Notes under the pieces: generated by a model
Database searches by the model: none
What the model was told of the DNA's origin: nothing
Seen by the model: the letters and a program-made list of their open reading frames with translations, nothing else
Position numbers and translations under genes: made by a program
Shown: positions 63,716 to 64,000 of the stretch, piece after piece
How positions within the stretch are numbered: position 1 is the first letter of the stretch
Layout of the letters: every line of letters starts with the position of its first letter
NCBI GenBank assembly: GCA_951406725.2
Contig: OX597817.1
Location: 68,944,001-69,008,000 of the forward strand
Length of the DNA stretch: 64,000 bases
Reading direction: 5' to 3'
Source: Octopus vulgaris
Lineage: Eukaryota

Positions 63716-64000
63716 ATTGACATGGCTCTTTTGTGGTTGTATGCCCTTGTTAACACCAACCTCTTTACAAAGTGCACTGAATGCACGTTTTTGTAGCACC
63801 AGCACTATGGAGTTGTCTTTCCATCAGCAACACTAAAAAGTCTTCTCATTCTTGCTCAAACAAAACATACTTTCAACCTAAGAGAAAGCTTTTATTAAGT
63901 ATGATAGTGAAGTGTATCTATTCTCTTTTACTTGTTTCATCAGACTGCAGCCATGCTGGGGCACCAGCTTCAAGAACTTTTAATTGAATGAATTGACCCT

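Overview
AT-rich metazoan genomic DNA crowded with (TA)n, (CA)n, (GA)n, (TAA)n and (CAT)n tracts. The SINE/LINE repertoire suggests a cephalopod, most likely Octopus (inference). No host protein-coding gene can be called with confidence, and nearly all ORFs in the track are microsatellite or SINE artefacts. The one long coding region is a 5'-truncated, recently disabled R4/Dong-type non-LTR retrotransposon (RT, CCHC finger, restriction-like endonuclease; 5112-8097). Three further Dong-like 3' coding fragments, a short fourth one and a non-coding insert sit in (TAA)n tracts. The rest is degenerate RTE LINEs, several tRNA-derived SINE families, non-autonomous Helitrons, mariner, piggyBac and hAT MITEs, Penelope-like relics, a truncated U2 snRNA copy, minisatellites, local duplications and fold-backs. 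The most interesting signals are: (i) several hammerhead-ribozyme motifs, one near-canonical and one fused behind a tRNA-like pol III head; (ii) a microsatellite niche shared by Dong LINEs and one SINE tail type in opposite orientation; (iii) locally templated inverted insertions; (iv) weak candidate micro-exons. Everything was read by eye, and repeat boundaries are approximate unless terminal motifs are quoted.
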